A stretch of DNA of 64,000 bases from NCBI RefSeq assembly GCF_964204645.1, contig NC_134033.1:7076655-7140654 (forward strand), in the 5' to 3' direction. Source of the DNA: Tubulanus polymorphus (lineage: Eukaryota > Animalia > Nemertea). The notes beneath the pieces are model-generated. The model did not search any database. It was given only the letters and a program-made list of their open reading frames with translations, and had not been told where the DNA came from. Positions 45,105-59,539 of the stretch are shown one piece after another. The translations under genes and the position numbers were made by a program. Numbering within the stretch: the first letter of the stretch is position 1; the number at the start of each line of letters is the position of its first letter.

Positions 45105-48100
45105 TTGAATGAACGAGTTACTGTAAGCGCGATCAGCAACACGGTATCTAGCATAATCATCAGCGGAAAAATCGACAATGTACAAACCAAATTTTTAATC
45201 GATACTGGTGCATGTGTTTCAGTTCAGAGTAAAAACGTATTCGAGAAATTACACCCAGCATCGCAGGAGAATCTAGAAGAATCGAATTTACGGCTATACA
45301 GTATCAATAATTCCCCTCTGAAAACATACGATAAACTTGAGGTCGGAGTCGAGATTTTCGGCGAGGTCATGCCCTGGTCATTCGCGGTAGCTGATATCGA
45401 AGATGAAGCCGTCTTAGGTTTAGATTTTCTTTCACACTACGACTAGATTCACCCAGCCAGGCAAAGTATCACGAGTCATGGTGAGCAAATCATCTACGGA
45501 AAGAAATGTCAGCTAGATAAGAACAATACTCACGTCAGAAGCCGTCAGCGAGTCGTTATCCCCCCTTTTAGCGAAAAAGTGCTCGAAGGAACGACTGATG
45601 TACAACTCCACTCCGGGAAGTGGGCTATGATAGAACCGTCTGAGTTTAGCCACAAACATCGATTTCTGACAGCGAGAAGTCTCGTCGACACCGAGAAAAT
45701 ATGGTTACCCACCAGTGTTTTAAATCCTACAATCCCACACAAGATTACAGTTTACAAGGGGACAACTCTTTGAGACCCGCATCTAGAGTAGAATCCAGTA
45801 ATGTGAGAGCCACGCATACTCCCAGCCCTCCAAGCGGAGAGACTCCCGAATTTTTAAGAGATCTCGTCCAGAGAAGCACGAAAGACTTACAGCCAGACGA
45901 AGCATCTCAGGTCGAAAAGTTAATTTTAGAGTATCGAGACATCTTTGCTCGGTCCGACGCAGATTTAGGGGTAGCCCCGGGAATTACGCACGATATACAC
46001 ACAGGGGATGCTAAGCCGGTTAGACAGAAGACTCGACGCTTACCACAGGCAAGACAAGAGGTAGCCAGTCGCCTAGTCAAAGAGATGCTAGATCGCGGGG
46101 TGGTTGAACCGTCAACTTCACCGTGGGCTAGTCCGATAGTTCTTGTGTCGAAGAAGGACGGGGGGATTAGATTTTGCGTAGATTATTGGCGGGTGAATGA
46201 CGTCACTATGAAAGATGCTTATCCCCTACCCAGAATTGATGACTCTATCCGTTCCCTTTCTGGCTCTATATATTTTTGTACTATAGATCTCGCATCTGGT
46301 TATTGGCAGGTCGAGCTGTCCGAATCTGCAAGAGAGAAATCCGCGTTTGTCATGAGAGATGGTCTATTTCAATTTCGAAAGATGCCTTTTGGGTTGTGTA
46401 ATAGTGGCGCGACGTTCGAAAGACTCATGGAACAGGTTCTCTGTGGCCTGCAGTATGAGATTTGCTTAGTCTATTAAGATGATATCATAGTATTCGGAAA
46501 GAATTTTGAAGAGACTTTGGGCAACCTACACCAAGTATTCGAAAGGCTTAAAAGGTTCGATCTAAAACTCAAACCCAAGAAGTGCCACTTCTTTGAGAAA
46601 TCGGTTGCGTTTTTAGGACATGTAGTCTCAGAGGACGGCGTATCGTGCGACCCAGGTAAAATCGAATCAATTAAGACCTGGCCTGTACCTCGATGTCAAA
46701 CTGACGTAAGATCATTTTTGGGTTTAGCATCTTACTACCGGAGTTTTTACCGAGATTTCGCATCGACGGCGAAACCACTCCACCGATTAACCGAGAAGGG
46801 AAGGAAATTTGAATGGTCTGGAGAATGTCAGTCCGCTTTTGAGGAATTGAAAGACGCGCTCATGACAGCGCCCATCCTGGCATATCCACTCCCGGATACC
46901 CAGTTTATCTTAGATACCGACGCTAGTGGGGTAGGCTTGGGGGCTGTTTTGTCACAAGTACACGATGGGGCTGAGAAAGTGATCGCCTATGGCAGTCGCA
47001 CCTTGTCAAAGCAAGAGCGAAATTATTGCGTCACGAGACGGGAGTTATTGGCAGTGGTCACATACGTCAAGCATTTCAGACATTATTTATTAGGGAGAGA
47101 GTTTCTGCTCCGCACCAACCACGGTTCGCTACGCTGGCTCATGTCTTTTAAAGACCCAGAGGGACAGACGGCCCGGTGGATTACACTTTTGTCAGAATAC
47201 AACTTCAAGGTTCAACATCGTCCCGGCCGTCTTCACACTAACGCAGATGCTTTGAGTCGCAGGGAATGTCAACATTGCTTGAGGGCCTCTGAGAGGTATG
47301 AAACAATCGAGAGTCCATGCAGCCACATCAAGCGGGTGAGAGCTATCAGAGACTGTTCCACTGAATTATCGTGCGCGCCGAAATGGTCGCCAACAGAACT
47401 AGGCCAAGCACAAGCAAGCGACCCTGATCTCAGATGGATTGTAGAGCGATATAAGTCCCAAGATCGACCAAGCTGGCAGGATGTCGCAAGTGAGGGCGCT
47501 ACCAGCAAATTTCTAGCAACCCGGTGGGAACAATTAAAATTGGTCGAGGGCGTACTGTATATCACCAAGGAAAGAGAAGGGTTAGATCCGTCCACGTTGT
47601 TAGTTTTGCCTAAAACTTACCGTCACGAAGTATTCATCGAGATTCATGCCTCTAGAACCGCCGGACACTTCGGCTACAAGAAAACTCTCACTAGCATTCA
47701 CCAAAGATATTTCTGGCCCGAAATTCGGGATGATGTCAAGCTCTGGTGTGCGACTTGTTACCTATGTGCCACCAGAGTCCACCTAGTAGTAATAAAGCAA
47801 AACTTAAAGACTATCGCGTTGGCATACCTATGGAAAGAATAGCTTTAGATATTTTGGGGCCCCTACCCGAAACGAAAGCCGGGAACACCGTAATTTTAGT
47901 CGTCTCCGATTATTTTACTCGTTGGATGGAGGCCTATCCTCTACCAAATCAGGAAGCCAAGACTATAGCAGCAACACTCGTCCGAGAATTCATAAGTAGA
48001 TTTGGTGTAGCGAGACAATTTCACTCTGATCAAGGGTCTAATTTCCAGTCAAAATTGATGACCGAAATTTGCGGCATGCTAGAAATGCGTAAGACTAAAA

Positions 48101-48801
48101 CTACCGCCTACCACCCGCAGTCCGATGGATTAGTCGAGCGATACAATCGCACCCGGTTGAATGGGCTCGCCATGCTTGTGAATAAAAACCAGGACGACTG
48201 GGACGAGCAGCTACCATTTTTAACGATGGCGTACCGAGCGTCGACACATGATTCGACCGGATTTTCTCCAAACTATTTGATGCTAGGCCGGGATATAAAC
48301 TTACCTATAGATATTCTCTCGGGAACTCCCCATCCTTCAATACAGCTCCCAGTTGAGACGTACGCAACGGAACTGAAGGAACGCCTTACTTTCGCTTTTT
48401 CTCACACCCGAAAGAACTTAGCGCTTCGTGCTAGAAGAAATAAAAGACATTATGATACTCGTAGTCACGGAACGAATTACAAAGTCGGTGATAGGGTATG
48501 GCTTTTCCGACCTGTCACGCCTGGCATGAAGTCATCAAAGCTGGCCTGTCATTGGGTAGGCCCATGTGAGATTTTCGAGATAATAAACGACGTAGTATAT
48601 ACTATAGCGCTTCCTAATTCGAACAAGCGTATGACCGTGCATTTCAACCGACTGAAACCCTACCTTGAGCCAACCGCACCTGACCTGAGGACTCCTGACT
48701 ATCCAGAGAAATACTCGGACGAAATCAAAAGCGACGATTTTAGAACCACTTTTTTCGGGCGTACATCGAGACCACCTGATAGATATGGCGACTGGTGGTA
48801 G
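45105..48801 (+). pseudogene. pol: Gypsy pol (protease, RT, RNase H, integrase) with stops and frameshifts
   Basis: LIDTGA; SPWASP..RFCVDY..MPFGL..Y*DD; TDAS..RELLA; LDILGP..SDQG..VERYN; GPY/F-like tail. Confidence 0.95.
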
Positions 48802-48861
48802 TCCAGATGTCATCTGCCATCGTAATTTTCATGTTTTTTTTTTATCCGTTCTATTTTGTAG

Positions 48862-50041
48862 GGATAAAACGACCAAGGTTAAATGTATTTACTGTGCACG
48901 AAGAGTCGACAAGGAAAACGTTCACGCGCATAATAGGTATTGTGAAGGCCGGACCCGCGAGGGGAAAGTTTTCGAGTGTGAAAAGTGCGGTAAACAGTTC
49001 GCTACCAAACTGAAGGCCCGTGGGCACGTCAAATACCACGAAGAGAGGGTGGGTATCCTCGAAGTCGCGGAAGACTCATGGGACCGAGACCCGCCTGCAC
49101 AAGTCCTATCCGCGTCGAACGTTACCTCTACTGTGAGCGCGGTGTCCGCCAAAAGAAAGTTTCGACGTGACGAGCAGCGGCGTAAGCGCGCAGAAGAATC
49201 GAAAGCAAGATTGGATCGACAGCGGGAGCGAGAAGCGATCGACGAGACGGCAGAGCAGTTAGTGGTTCAAATCAATAAGATATTAGAAGAAGATGAGCCG
49301 GTCACTGGTGACGCTCGAACGGTCCACTTTGGTACGCAATCCCATACCGCTACTTCAACTAGAGAACAAGAGATGGACGTCACTCCCGTCAGCTGTCAAT
49401 CGGAAGGGAGATCGGCTTCCGACGTCGTAACCCGAATCATGAAAGAGATGTCGGGCACCATAGAAGAGGTTTATCCACCTTCGATCGTCACAGAGAAATT
49501 CCCAGCTGTCATCAGCGATGATCTGCCGACTGCTGCAGGCGATAAACTACCAACCGTCGTCGAGAGCCTGCCAATCGGGCCGCCTACTACTGCTATGAAG
49601 ACACCAGTAATTCAGTCTCAGACTTCCGTCGTCAAGTTGTCAACTGAGTCGCTGCCGGTAGTTGCGCAAGAATAGTCGTCCGAGCCATCAGTCGAGATAG
49701 AAAAAGGTACGTCGAAGCTGGAAGACGTCGTAGTCGACAAGTCATCAGAGAGTTGCCAGGCCAACAACGCGAGTCCAGCATTGTGCGAACAATTGGTCCT
49801 GCTACACAGTCATCCTGTTCCTGGTCGCAATGCGTATAAATATTTCGGTTCTCCATGCGACAGAGCAGTATGCAACCGGTGCGTCGTCGAATCCTTGAGG
49901 TTCAAGATTCGGTGGCCGACTCCAGAGTTCGTTCGACAAGTGGAGGTGACTCGACCTACGGCATTCGGGATGCTACACAGCCACCCTACCGCGGCCGGAG
50001 ACGTAGAAATCTATGGATTCAGTAGCGAACCAGTAATATGA
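48862..50041 (+). pseudogene. Gypsy ORF3 in the env position: zinc-finger protein, probably from a spliced RNA; disrupted after 49675
   Basis: CIYC-x11-H-x3-C and CEKC-x12-H-x3-H fingers; strong acceptor at 48861; Cys-rich continuation 49781-50041. Confidence 0.6.
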
Positions 50042-50149
50042 ACGCTGTGTCTGATCGACCAGAAGGTGTTTGGCATCGTATGAGACTCTTCTCCGATTTT
50101 CGCTATTTATCGCCTCCGCCGGGGGAGGTCGGAGGCTGGGAGGGGGTGT

Positions 50150-50242
50150 TGTGGCGAAAATGGACCCTGTTTCTGTTTAACACCTCTGGTTCATTTTTGT
50201 TTCAGCACCTCATCCTTTCCTCCGATATCTCCGGGTGGGGCG

Positions 50243-50284
<42 letters not shown>

Positions 50285-50290
50285 ATCGTT

Positions 50291-50364
<74 letters not shown>

Positions 50365-51777
50365 TTTATATATTTTTTATTTTATATATATATTTTTATT
50401 TTTTTTATTTTTTTTTTATTCTGTTTTCGATGGTTTAAATTTGTAGTCTGAAAATTTGGACACTTTAAAGTTTTTCGGGCGTCTCGTTGCGGTCTATTCG
50501 CGTTCGGGTTGGGGTTTGGATCGGTTTCTGTCGGGAAATAGCACGATCACATCTTTTTATTCTGCTTTTATCGTAAATTCGCGCTATAACATTCAAGTTA
50601 CTTACCTGTAGTCTATTCTTTTGATATCGTTTTTTTTACTTTAGAACTGCCGTTTGGTAATGTCATAATCCTATTTTCATCATATTTACATAGTTTGATT
50701 TGTTTTCTTCGGTTCCTCGCTCGGCGAGTTGAGCTTTGTCGCACCGCTAGGCGGTTCACTATTCTTGCGCGCGTACATCAAACTCGGGTTTGATATTCGA
50801 ATTTCGTTTTTATCCTCTTTAATGTATTCTTTTGGTATTTTTAGCGCGTGTATTGACTATATTTAATTTCTGGGAGCATTAATCTTCCTGTTAACTATTT
50901 TATTCGCGTTCTATTTTGTGCGCGCTCTTGGCCTACTTCTCGCGTAGAAAAATCACTACTGGCCAATGAGCGCACTCGGATTCCTATAAAAGGCGGGTCG
51001 TTCGAGCGTGTCGGACATTCCGATCTTTGGTATCATCACGCGTCACACGCAGAATTCCGACTTTACTATTGACTTTGCTATCGAGAACATAAATTATATA
51101 TAAGATGTAAGAGATTGATCCTTCCTATCTCGCCTTCGGGTTGGATATGATCATCTTGTCCAACCCGAAGGAAGCAAATTATTTATTCGCGTTAACTTAC
51201 GTACGATCGTCTGGCCGAGTTTGATTTTCGGCCGAGTTTGATTTTCGGCCGAGTTTGATTTTTCGGCCGAGTTAGACTTTTCGGCCGAGTTTGATGTCGC
51301 CGTTTATGACTATCTTCTAGTTAAACTTTTACCGGCCGACTGAGAGCGTCACCGATCAAGATATTTCGTCGAGCAAGCTTGTGTACATATTCTTTATCTA
51401 TCAATCTATTACTATTCGTCTATATGATCCCTCAGTCCTTTATTGACTGATGGCCTTCACCCGGGGGTAGTCATGACAGAGTGTCATACGTAGAGAACGG
51501 TAGATGTTGAGGAGAACTAGGTTCGAACCCGAGCGAAATCCTGGCCAGGTAGTCGCCTACTTGGATGCTGAGCCCTGATCATGGAATGAGAAGGATGAAT
51601 ATGTATTTGACGATAATTTAGACAAGAATTTATATCTTTTCCCTGAGGAGGAATTACTTCCCCCAATATTTTCGTATAACCCGATTATATTGTTTCAGGG
51701 CGAACCCTAGTAGCAAACGCCTATTTTACTTATCCAACCCTAAAAAGAAACACGCTACCCAGGAGAGAAACGCTACA
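50150..51777 (+). repeat. 3' LTR, preceded by a polypurine tract and containing a (TA)n microsatellite
   Basis: GGGAGGGGG then TGTGGCG...CGCTACA. Confidence 0.9.
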
Positions 51778-53470
51778 CGATTTCAGTCATCTTAGTGCCT
51801 ATTTATATGTTTTTGACAACATTAAAATCAAATATTGGGTTTACAGACTCGAAAATTCAGCACAAAAACCTGTAGCAGCCATTTTTCAAGATGGCGGCCA
51901 TTTTTGAAGAAATATTAATTATCATATTTCCACAATCTTGGTGTTGATATGTTTTTAAACAATTCGGGTAGCGGTAAATAACATCCAATTCACGTTTCTA
52001 GACACATTTTGAATGATTTTCACATTTCAATTGTTATTGTTGGATATATCTGTTCCTTGGCAACTTGTTGCCGAGTATCTATGTAACGATTTTATATTTT
52101 TTGTATTTGAAATGGCTGCATGAAATGTCAAAGCTACTGAATAAAGAATATCAAACATACATTAATCACAATTTCAGGTGAGTAACGTTATATTCTAATG
52201 ATCGTCTACTTCATACAGGCCTACACGGATAATTTATGTAAGTCATAAATACTATTACCTTAGCCAGTCTGATTGATTAGTTAATTGACCGTTGTAATTA
52301 ACTTTCACAATAATATTTTAATGCGGAGGTTTTTGGGATGAACCACCGCGGTTATAATTATGTTTTGTGATCCTGAAATTCCTGAAAATCCAATGAAAAT
52401 ACGAGAGTGAATCTTTAATTGCAGATTGGGTTTATTTGATGAAATCCAATGTCAGAAAAAAAGTTATTAAAAGTCATAGTTCATACATTTGAATATACAT
52501 GATTATACTAATAATTACTGAGATTATATATCATATCGTCATAACACCTTGTTGACTAATTATATAAATATATATATGTATATATATATACAGAGTACTC
52601 AAATTGCCAGCTTAAGTTTTAGTTTGTAATTCGAATATATGCGTCTTGCATGGTTTATAGCAAAACCTAATTTCAGTTATTTGTAATTCTAATTTACATT
52701 CGATTTCTTTAATAATCGAGATCCATAAGGATCGGTAGAATACTTCACTCGGGGGAGGCGAGAATATAGCAGACAAATTATACTATATTGTTTTAGGCCT
52801 AAGCTAAGTTGTAATAAATGGAAACACTATGAATAACAAAGTGTACTAAATATCTTACCTGAAAATCCAATGAAAATACGAGAGTGAATCTTTAATTGCA
52901 GATTGGGTTTATTTGATGAAATCCAAAGTCAGAATAACCCAGCTAGGCCTGAGCTGGACCTTGATGACTCTGGCTCCACCTACAAACCCAATCTAGCAAA
53001 GATTCATCTGATTGGAGGATCCAGGTACTTGGGCTCTGACAACGGATAGATGCCAGATTGCCAAGAAAACAAACTTTGTAATTAGTGTCACCATTAAGTA
53101 TCTAGGCAAATGTTGTGGTTTGTTGACTTTAAGATACTATGAGAACAAAGCTTCTCAGACCAGAGTAACTAGGCTTGGCAGTCATAAATGGTACAAAGAG
53201 AAACAAGAAAATAATCTCAGATATAAAATGATTGATAAAATGCTATTTTTCAAAAATGTAACTCTGATATTTTAAAAGCTATATTCATGCAGATCAAATC
53301 TATGTCTACCATGACATAGTTATTCCAAAAATGAAACTGCCAAATCAAGAAAGTACGTTTTGTAAAAATGAATAATATTGGTTTGCTATAATATAATAAT
53401 TTCAGGTGAAATGACAAGCCAAGTCAAGGTTTTTAAAGTTGTTTCAGCTGAACGACAGAACACCCCATCC

Positions 53471-54076
53471 AATTCCAAATACCAGTCCAATGTGATAAGT
53501 CTCTGCTGGAACTATTTAATGTTATAATGGACTTGAGTCAAAATGTCTACAATCCTGATTGTCGACCGATTTTACTCGTCACTAGCAGCCACTCTATATA
53601 AGGGTAATCCACGCACACACCACCCCTCGATCCCAGCCAATTTAGGGTGATTCACGCACACACGCGGCCCCTCGATCCCAGCCACTATATATAATCGTAA
53701 TCCAGATTGCAGACATTGTCGACGAGTAGAATCGGTCGTCAATCGGGGTTGTAGACATTGTCGACGAGTAGAATCGGACGACAATCGGGGTTGTAGACAT
53801 TGTCGACGAGTAGAATCGGACGACAATCGGGGTTGTAGACATTGTCGACGAGTAGAATCGGACGACAATCAGTGTTGTATACATTGTCGACGAGTAGAAT
53901 CGGCCGACATTTAGGATTCATAGATCTCTACTTTTACCTGTTCTCGAGTTGAGCCGCACGTCCTATGGCGTAATGTCGTAAGATTCAATCAGTCCGATAT
54001 TGGCGGATTAATTCCAAATACCAGTCCAATGTGATAAGTCTCTGCTGGAACTATTTAATGTTATAATGGACTTGAG
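53471..54076. repeat. 42-bp minisatellite (~5 copies plus one inverted copy) between two 67-bp direct repeats
   Basis: Direct repeats 53471-53537 and 54010-54076; array ~53700-53915; inverted unit ~53542-53580. Confidence 0.8.
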
Positions 54077-55114
54077 CCGATGGGTCATTGTGTTACCTGT
54101 GTCAAGACTCTGGAAAAGACCTGGGAGGTATTTAAGATCAATTCAAATATCTCTAATCCTATCCTGAGAAAAATGTATATGAATGTAAAATAACTGTCAA
54201 CCCTCAATATACCGCCTTCCACATAAACCGCCACCTCCACCTTACGTGTGAAAAAAAACAATCCTTTTAGTCACAACAAAATTTTCAAAATGATTTTTTT
54301 TTTTCATTTCTATTGAAATGATGAGAGTTGGTCCCTTATATCTCTACAATACCCCACGGGGACCTGACAAAAAAAATTTTGACCCCAGTATCCTAGGTAC
54401 TATATATAAAAAGACAAGGGAGCCAACTCTCCGTCAGATCGGTCGATAGGTATGTCACTTCAACAGTTCGTAGTTTTGTTATTTGCGGTCCGATCCGCTT
54501 CAAATAAAGTTTTTTTGTAAAGCCAACAGATTTCTGCACAAGTCCGAGTTGTTTATTGAAGGTTGTTTTGTCTTAAAGGTTGTTAAATCGGGCGATTACT
54601 CCCAAAAAATCGTCAAATTCCGTCTGTACCGCACCAGCCTGGAAGTAAAAATGACCACGATTTTCGAAAACAAACGGCGCTTTCGACTAGTAATTCTGAA
54701 CCGATTTTTACGATCGAGGGCTCGTTCGAAAGCTTAGACTCTGATCTTACCCCAGCGTATCGATATTTTCGTCTTTTTAGATAATCTAACGCACAGGAAC
54801 AGCTAAATCGCGACCAGTCTCGAAAAACGTCCCTCCTCGCTGAAAACTTCCGCCATCATACCCGGAAGTAACATTAGCTCCGCACTTACGACCGATGCGT
54901 TGATTGGCCCATAGAACTCACTTCTATGATTGGCCCGTTGCAAAAGTAAACACACCGGGCCAACGGGCAATAGTAAATAAATGCACGTGGATCCGGCTGT
55001 CAAACTAATTCTTAAATCCAACATCAAACTTTTCGATCACGTCTGGTACTGCCACCTGATCTGCGATGCGGTTACCTGCTATATCCACGTAACTGTATCA
55101 GACCGATATAAACT

Positions 55115-55337
55115 ATGTCGTCCCCGGATGACCTAAATGACTGTCAAAAGAATGCTTTTGACTTGGTTATTGCCGGTCACAATTTGATAGTATGTGGCCA
55201 GGTTGGTACGGGAAAATCGTTTTTTGTCAGGCGTGTCGTCAAAGCATTGATGAATCGTGGAAAGAACGTCGCATTGACCGCATCTACCGGTAAACCGTGC
55301 CAAGTTTATAGCGACCTTCATCCCAAACCCCAAATCC
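55115..55337 (+). pseudogene. PIF1-like helicase, 5' exon, interrupted by a MULE element
   Basis: LNDCQ..GHNLIVCGQVGTGKS..VALTASTG. Confidence 0.8.
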
Positions 55338-55559
55338 GCCCCTACTAAATACCGACTGGAAACTGACCGGAGCCGACTGGGAACCGACTGGACACTCACT
55401 GGAGCTCTAGATCTAATATACTTAGCTCTAGATCTAATATATTTAGCGGCATGACTCGCATAAAAAAAAATAATAGAATGAATGTATATGATATTTTCAG
55501 TTCGCTGTACGTTACAATAAAGGATACGATGATTTGTTAAAAGCTTTTCCGATGTTCAG

Positions 55560-55960
55560 TGTAGAGAAATTTAGAAATACAATACAAAGACAGTTACAAA
55601 CTAAACGAATTAAGGCAAGGCAAACTAGGGGATCTTAAAAAGACAATAGTGAATATTTAAGTTTAATCAAAGGACAAGAGCGAAGAGAAATTTAGAAATA
55701 CAATACAAAGACAGTTACAAACTAAACGAATTAAGGCAAGGCAAACTAGGGGATCTTAAAAAGACAATAGTGAATATTTAAGTTTAATCAAAGGACAAGA
55801 GCGTAGAGAAATTTAGAAATACAATACAAAGACAGTTACAAACTAAACGAATTAAGGCATGGCAAACTAGGGGGTTAACCCGAGGCAATAGTGAATCTTG
55901 ATCAAAGGACAAATTAAAAGAAATTTAGAAATACCACATAAAAACAGTTACAAACTAACG
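55560..55960. repeat. Tandem repeat, unit ~121 bp, about 3.3 copies
   Basis: AGAGAAATTTAGAAATACAATACAAAGACAG recurs. Confidence 0.85.
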
Positions 55961-57700
55961 GATAATCAGAATGAGAATTTTGTTCTGAAAGATAGAAATT
56001 ATAAGTATGATAATTAGTGATTAGTTCTTGGCGAACTAAATAAAAAGCGGCAACGGCCCAAGATGGGTCATTCTATTTCAACAACTAATAGAGGACAACC
56101 ATGGATTTTGAAAGGTCAAGAAAACCTTCGCGACGCCCGCAGACAGACCTGTCATTCCCCAACCTGTGTTCAAGTGGTCTTGCCATAAGCTGAAAATCTA
56201 AGATACATATCGGTATATTAAAAAAAAGGATGAATGTATTTTTCTGCTACACATTCGGGATTCGAACCTAATAGCACTTAAAAGTAAATGCTGGGGCTAT
56301 CATTGTTTCATATTCGGGATGCTGTAACTTTTTTACTTGGCAAACAATAACCCAGCGACACTTTAATCATCAAAGTTCATGTCGTAACGCTTGAAATACG
56401 ACCAGTAATTTTCGGGTTTCGAACCTGCTTATAAGATGAACCAGCGTAAATAAGATCAATATTTTTACGGGATTCGAACCTAATGGAAACTACAGTGACT
56501 ATTAGTCATTAAAGTTCACATGTAGTACCGCATGCGCAATGTGCCGATTTCTCGACTTAGAGCCATCACAGCACTGACTAATGCGCATGCGTAAGGTAGA
56601 AACGGAGACTTGGGGAACTTTACGGTTTTTGCCAGTAGCATGGTACGCACTAAATTCAAAATTACTTTATTACCAATATTTTCTAAGCATAGTTTCATTG
56701 GTTTTTTCATTAATTAAATTTAGACCAAACCAAATCAAATATCATAATATTTTTAATAACCTACAAGTACATTATGAACTTTTGAATGGTCTAACCCCAG
56801 TATAGTCCCCCGTGATTTGGAAATTCTCGGAGCCCTCCTTTATTTACTTACTAAATGACGTCACAAACTGTTATTTCGCCGGTGCTTGTTGTCTAACAAT
56901 TCAATTCAATTCTTTATTTACAGTAATCTAATAAGTAATTTTAAGTTTCAAATAGGATGGAAAGTACATTCAGACAATCTGTTGTTTCAGAGAGACCGTT
57001 ATTACAGTATCAATTTATACATTTCGTTTCGAAGCTGTCAGTTGCCGAATCTGAATGAAGATGAATTTTATTTGACGAAATCGGCGGAAAATATATGATA
57101 ATAATAATAATCAACAGAATTTCAAGAGGGTTTTCGACGAAAGTCAGAAAACCCTAATGATTCGAAAGGTAAGAATATTACAAGAAAATTTTATCAGATA
57201 TAATAAATTTACAGAGATTTTACTCTTAAATTTAAGAGACAATTTATCTATTTGAACCAAAGATATAACTTTTTTAGTTCTTGACATTCAAGGGTCACTT
57301 CTATTCATGCGGAATTCATCAAAGTTCAATTTTAGGCCCGATTCCTTTTCTTTTATGGTTGTGTCATTTGTTCAAAATTATTCAAACTTACCATGTTTGC
57401 ATGATACAAACGAATGATTTGAATTATAATTATGAGAAATAATTAAATTGATAGCCATGCCATGTCCGTCGAATAGCCTTCTCCAAATATGAATGTAATG
57501 TATTTATTAATATGTATTTATCTACAAATGTTTTCTCTAAAATTTTTGAAATACGTGGTTTAGTTGACACAGGCCGATATTGTTTAACAAATTATCACCT
57601 TTCTTACTGATGTCTGACATTTTAAAATCCGCATTGATTGTTGAAATTCTGAAAACTGATGATACAAATTTCCTAACTAATATTGTAAATTTTCTTTTAG

Positions 57701-58560
57701 GTTAAACCAAGTGGCCTTGCGGGGTGTGTATGCTTTCATGCGATAAGGGACCCAGCGTTTATTGTCCTATCTGCAAGCACTGGTGTCATGCTGCATGCGA
57801 GAAGATAGGGGATGAAGAATTCGAGCTGCTGGGCCAATCGAAATTGAAATACAATTGTAACAAGTGTTTTTCCAAGCCCGATGGATCTATTATGTACACC
57901 CGCCTACTCATCCTATACGAAGCCGCTATACTAAGAAAGTAGGGCCCTCACGAAGCAGCCAACATGGTGGCCATCAAACTGGCCAGTTTTGGGCAATTCG
58001 AACAGAAATTGACTCCTGAAATAGTCGCTGATGCCGATCAATTATCGCGAAACATTGTGAACGTACCAGGCTTCATTCCTGTGCGTGTTGGAGGAGATGG
58101 AAACTGTCTCTTTAATGCAGTTCCTATGACTTTATTAGGAACCGAAATACTTGCCGATGAACTCAGAGTCAGGACAGCGACAGAGCTCGTCAGAAACACG
58201 AAGTTCTGTGAACGAGAAGCAGAGAACAGGGGATATGCATTAATATCGCCATCTATAGAGGAAACATGTCTGGCTGCAGCAACTGATACCGCCTATTCGT
58301 CACAAATAACATTTCACGCATTGGCGACAGTTATTGGACGCTACATACGAACTGTATATCCACCTGTGAATGGTATGATGGACCAGCACGTGAGACTGCT
58401 AAATACCGAAATGGTGCCTCGTGAATGCTATAGGAAAATGTCACCTCCAATTAATATATTGTGGACAAGAATTGGAGAGTCGCACGGAAATGTGTGGATA
58501 CCAAAACATTTCGTCCCTTTGATAGAAAAGAATCGTTTGAAAATGATTTCAACGACTTCA
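57701..58560 (+). pseudogene. PHD finger plus OTU/vertnin-like protease exon
   Basis: C4HC3 pattern; GDGNCLFNAV...W.PKHFVPL; in-frame stop at 57940-57942. Confidence 0.75.
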
Positions 58561-59539
58561 TGTAAGTGTTCATAATTTTTAGTTACCAAACTTCGTATGA
58601 AACGAAGATTCTGTAAATGATTTCTGAAATTATCTAGTGAGAGTTTTTACCAAATGAATATATGCCTTAATTCACCAAATTCTATAATTTCAGCGGTAGA
58701 CAAGGAAAATGTGCTTAATCTTTCGTCAGAAGAAGAGTTTCCAAGCTTAGGTAGGCACCGAGTAAATTTTATATAGTGTCGAATCTCAATCTGAAACAAA
58801 TAAGAAAAAAAGTGTACAGAAAAAAGCAAGTCTTCTTTTTTTTCTGTTTTAGAAACAACACGTTTTAAGATGTCACCACGAAATTCCGGTAAGACATACA
58901 TACTTAACTTCTTAATTACTTTACTAATTGATAAACTTAACATCTAATAACTCTACGTAAGTTGTCTTAATTTCAAGCTGCTTTGTTAGCTTACACTCCA
59001 TTTTGTCTTTGCAGAGAAGAGATCTTCGAAAAGAGTGAGCTTTGAGAACTGCGTTAGTACTTTACAAATGCAAGATTCTGACAGCCCATCAAGACAGTTT
59101 AATAGTACAGCTGTAGGTACGTTACGTCGTCATGTCGTCATACTGCTCGATCTATTTAATTAATTTAAATCGTTTGGCAACAGAACTATCATTAATTAAA
59201 CATGAAATCATATCTATAGGTATTTCTCCGCCGTTTCCGGAATTTGACGAGTCGAGAATAACAGTTTCCGCACCTAAAAAAGTCGATGTAGATTGTAAGT
59301 TTTGTAAAAATAATTGAATCATTATAACAACATTTGATAACTAAGTTATAACAGGAACTGATTTTTTTCTATTTCTTTTCAGACAAAATCGACGCGAAGA
59401 CACGCCTAAGCAATGAACCAGGGCATAATTCTACACTTTCTTCCAGATCAGATTTAACAGGTGTGTATATCAATTTGAAGTATTAACTAATGCCTGGGAA
59501 TCTACATTGCCCGTTTTTAATAGCATATCTATCTCCTTT

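Larger units (their letters stand above)
41981..51777 (+). mobile_element. Ty3/Gypsy LTR retrotransposon, decayed, 5' LTR truncated
   Basis: Paired LTRs, PBS, PPT, gag-PR-RT-RH-IN order, extra ORF3. Confidence 0.95.

Noticed and set aside
48785-48861. Track start of ORF 48785 and an env assignment
   Set aside because: The hydrophobic N-terminus is the translated polypyrimidine tract; no TM or fusion-protein features follow
53700-53915. CRISPR-like array (also considered at 38888-38996 and 33290-33562)
   Set aside because: Contiguous tandem units without unique spacers, no cas genes, eukaryotic context
56250-56485. tRNA genes suggested by GGATTCGAACC motifs
   Set aside because: Only B-box-like fragments; no cloverleaf could be built
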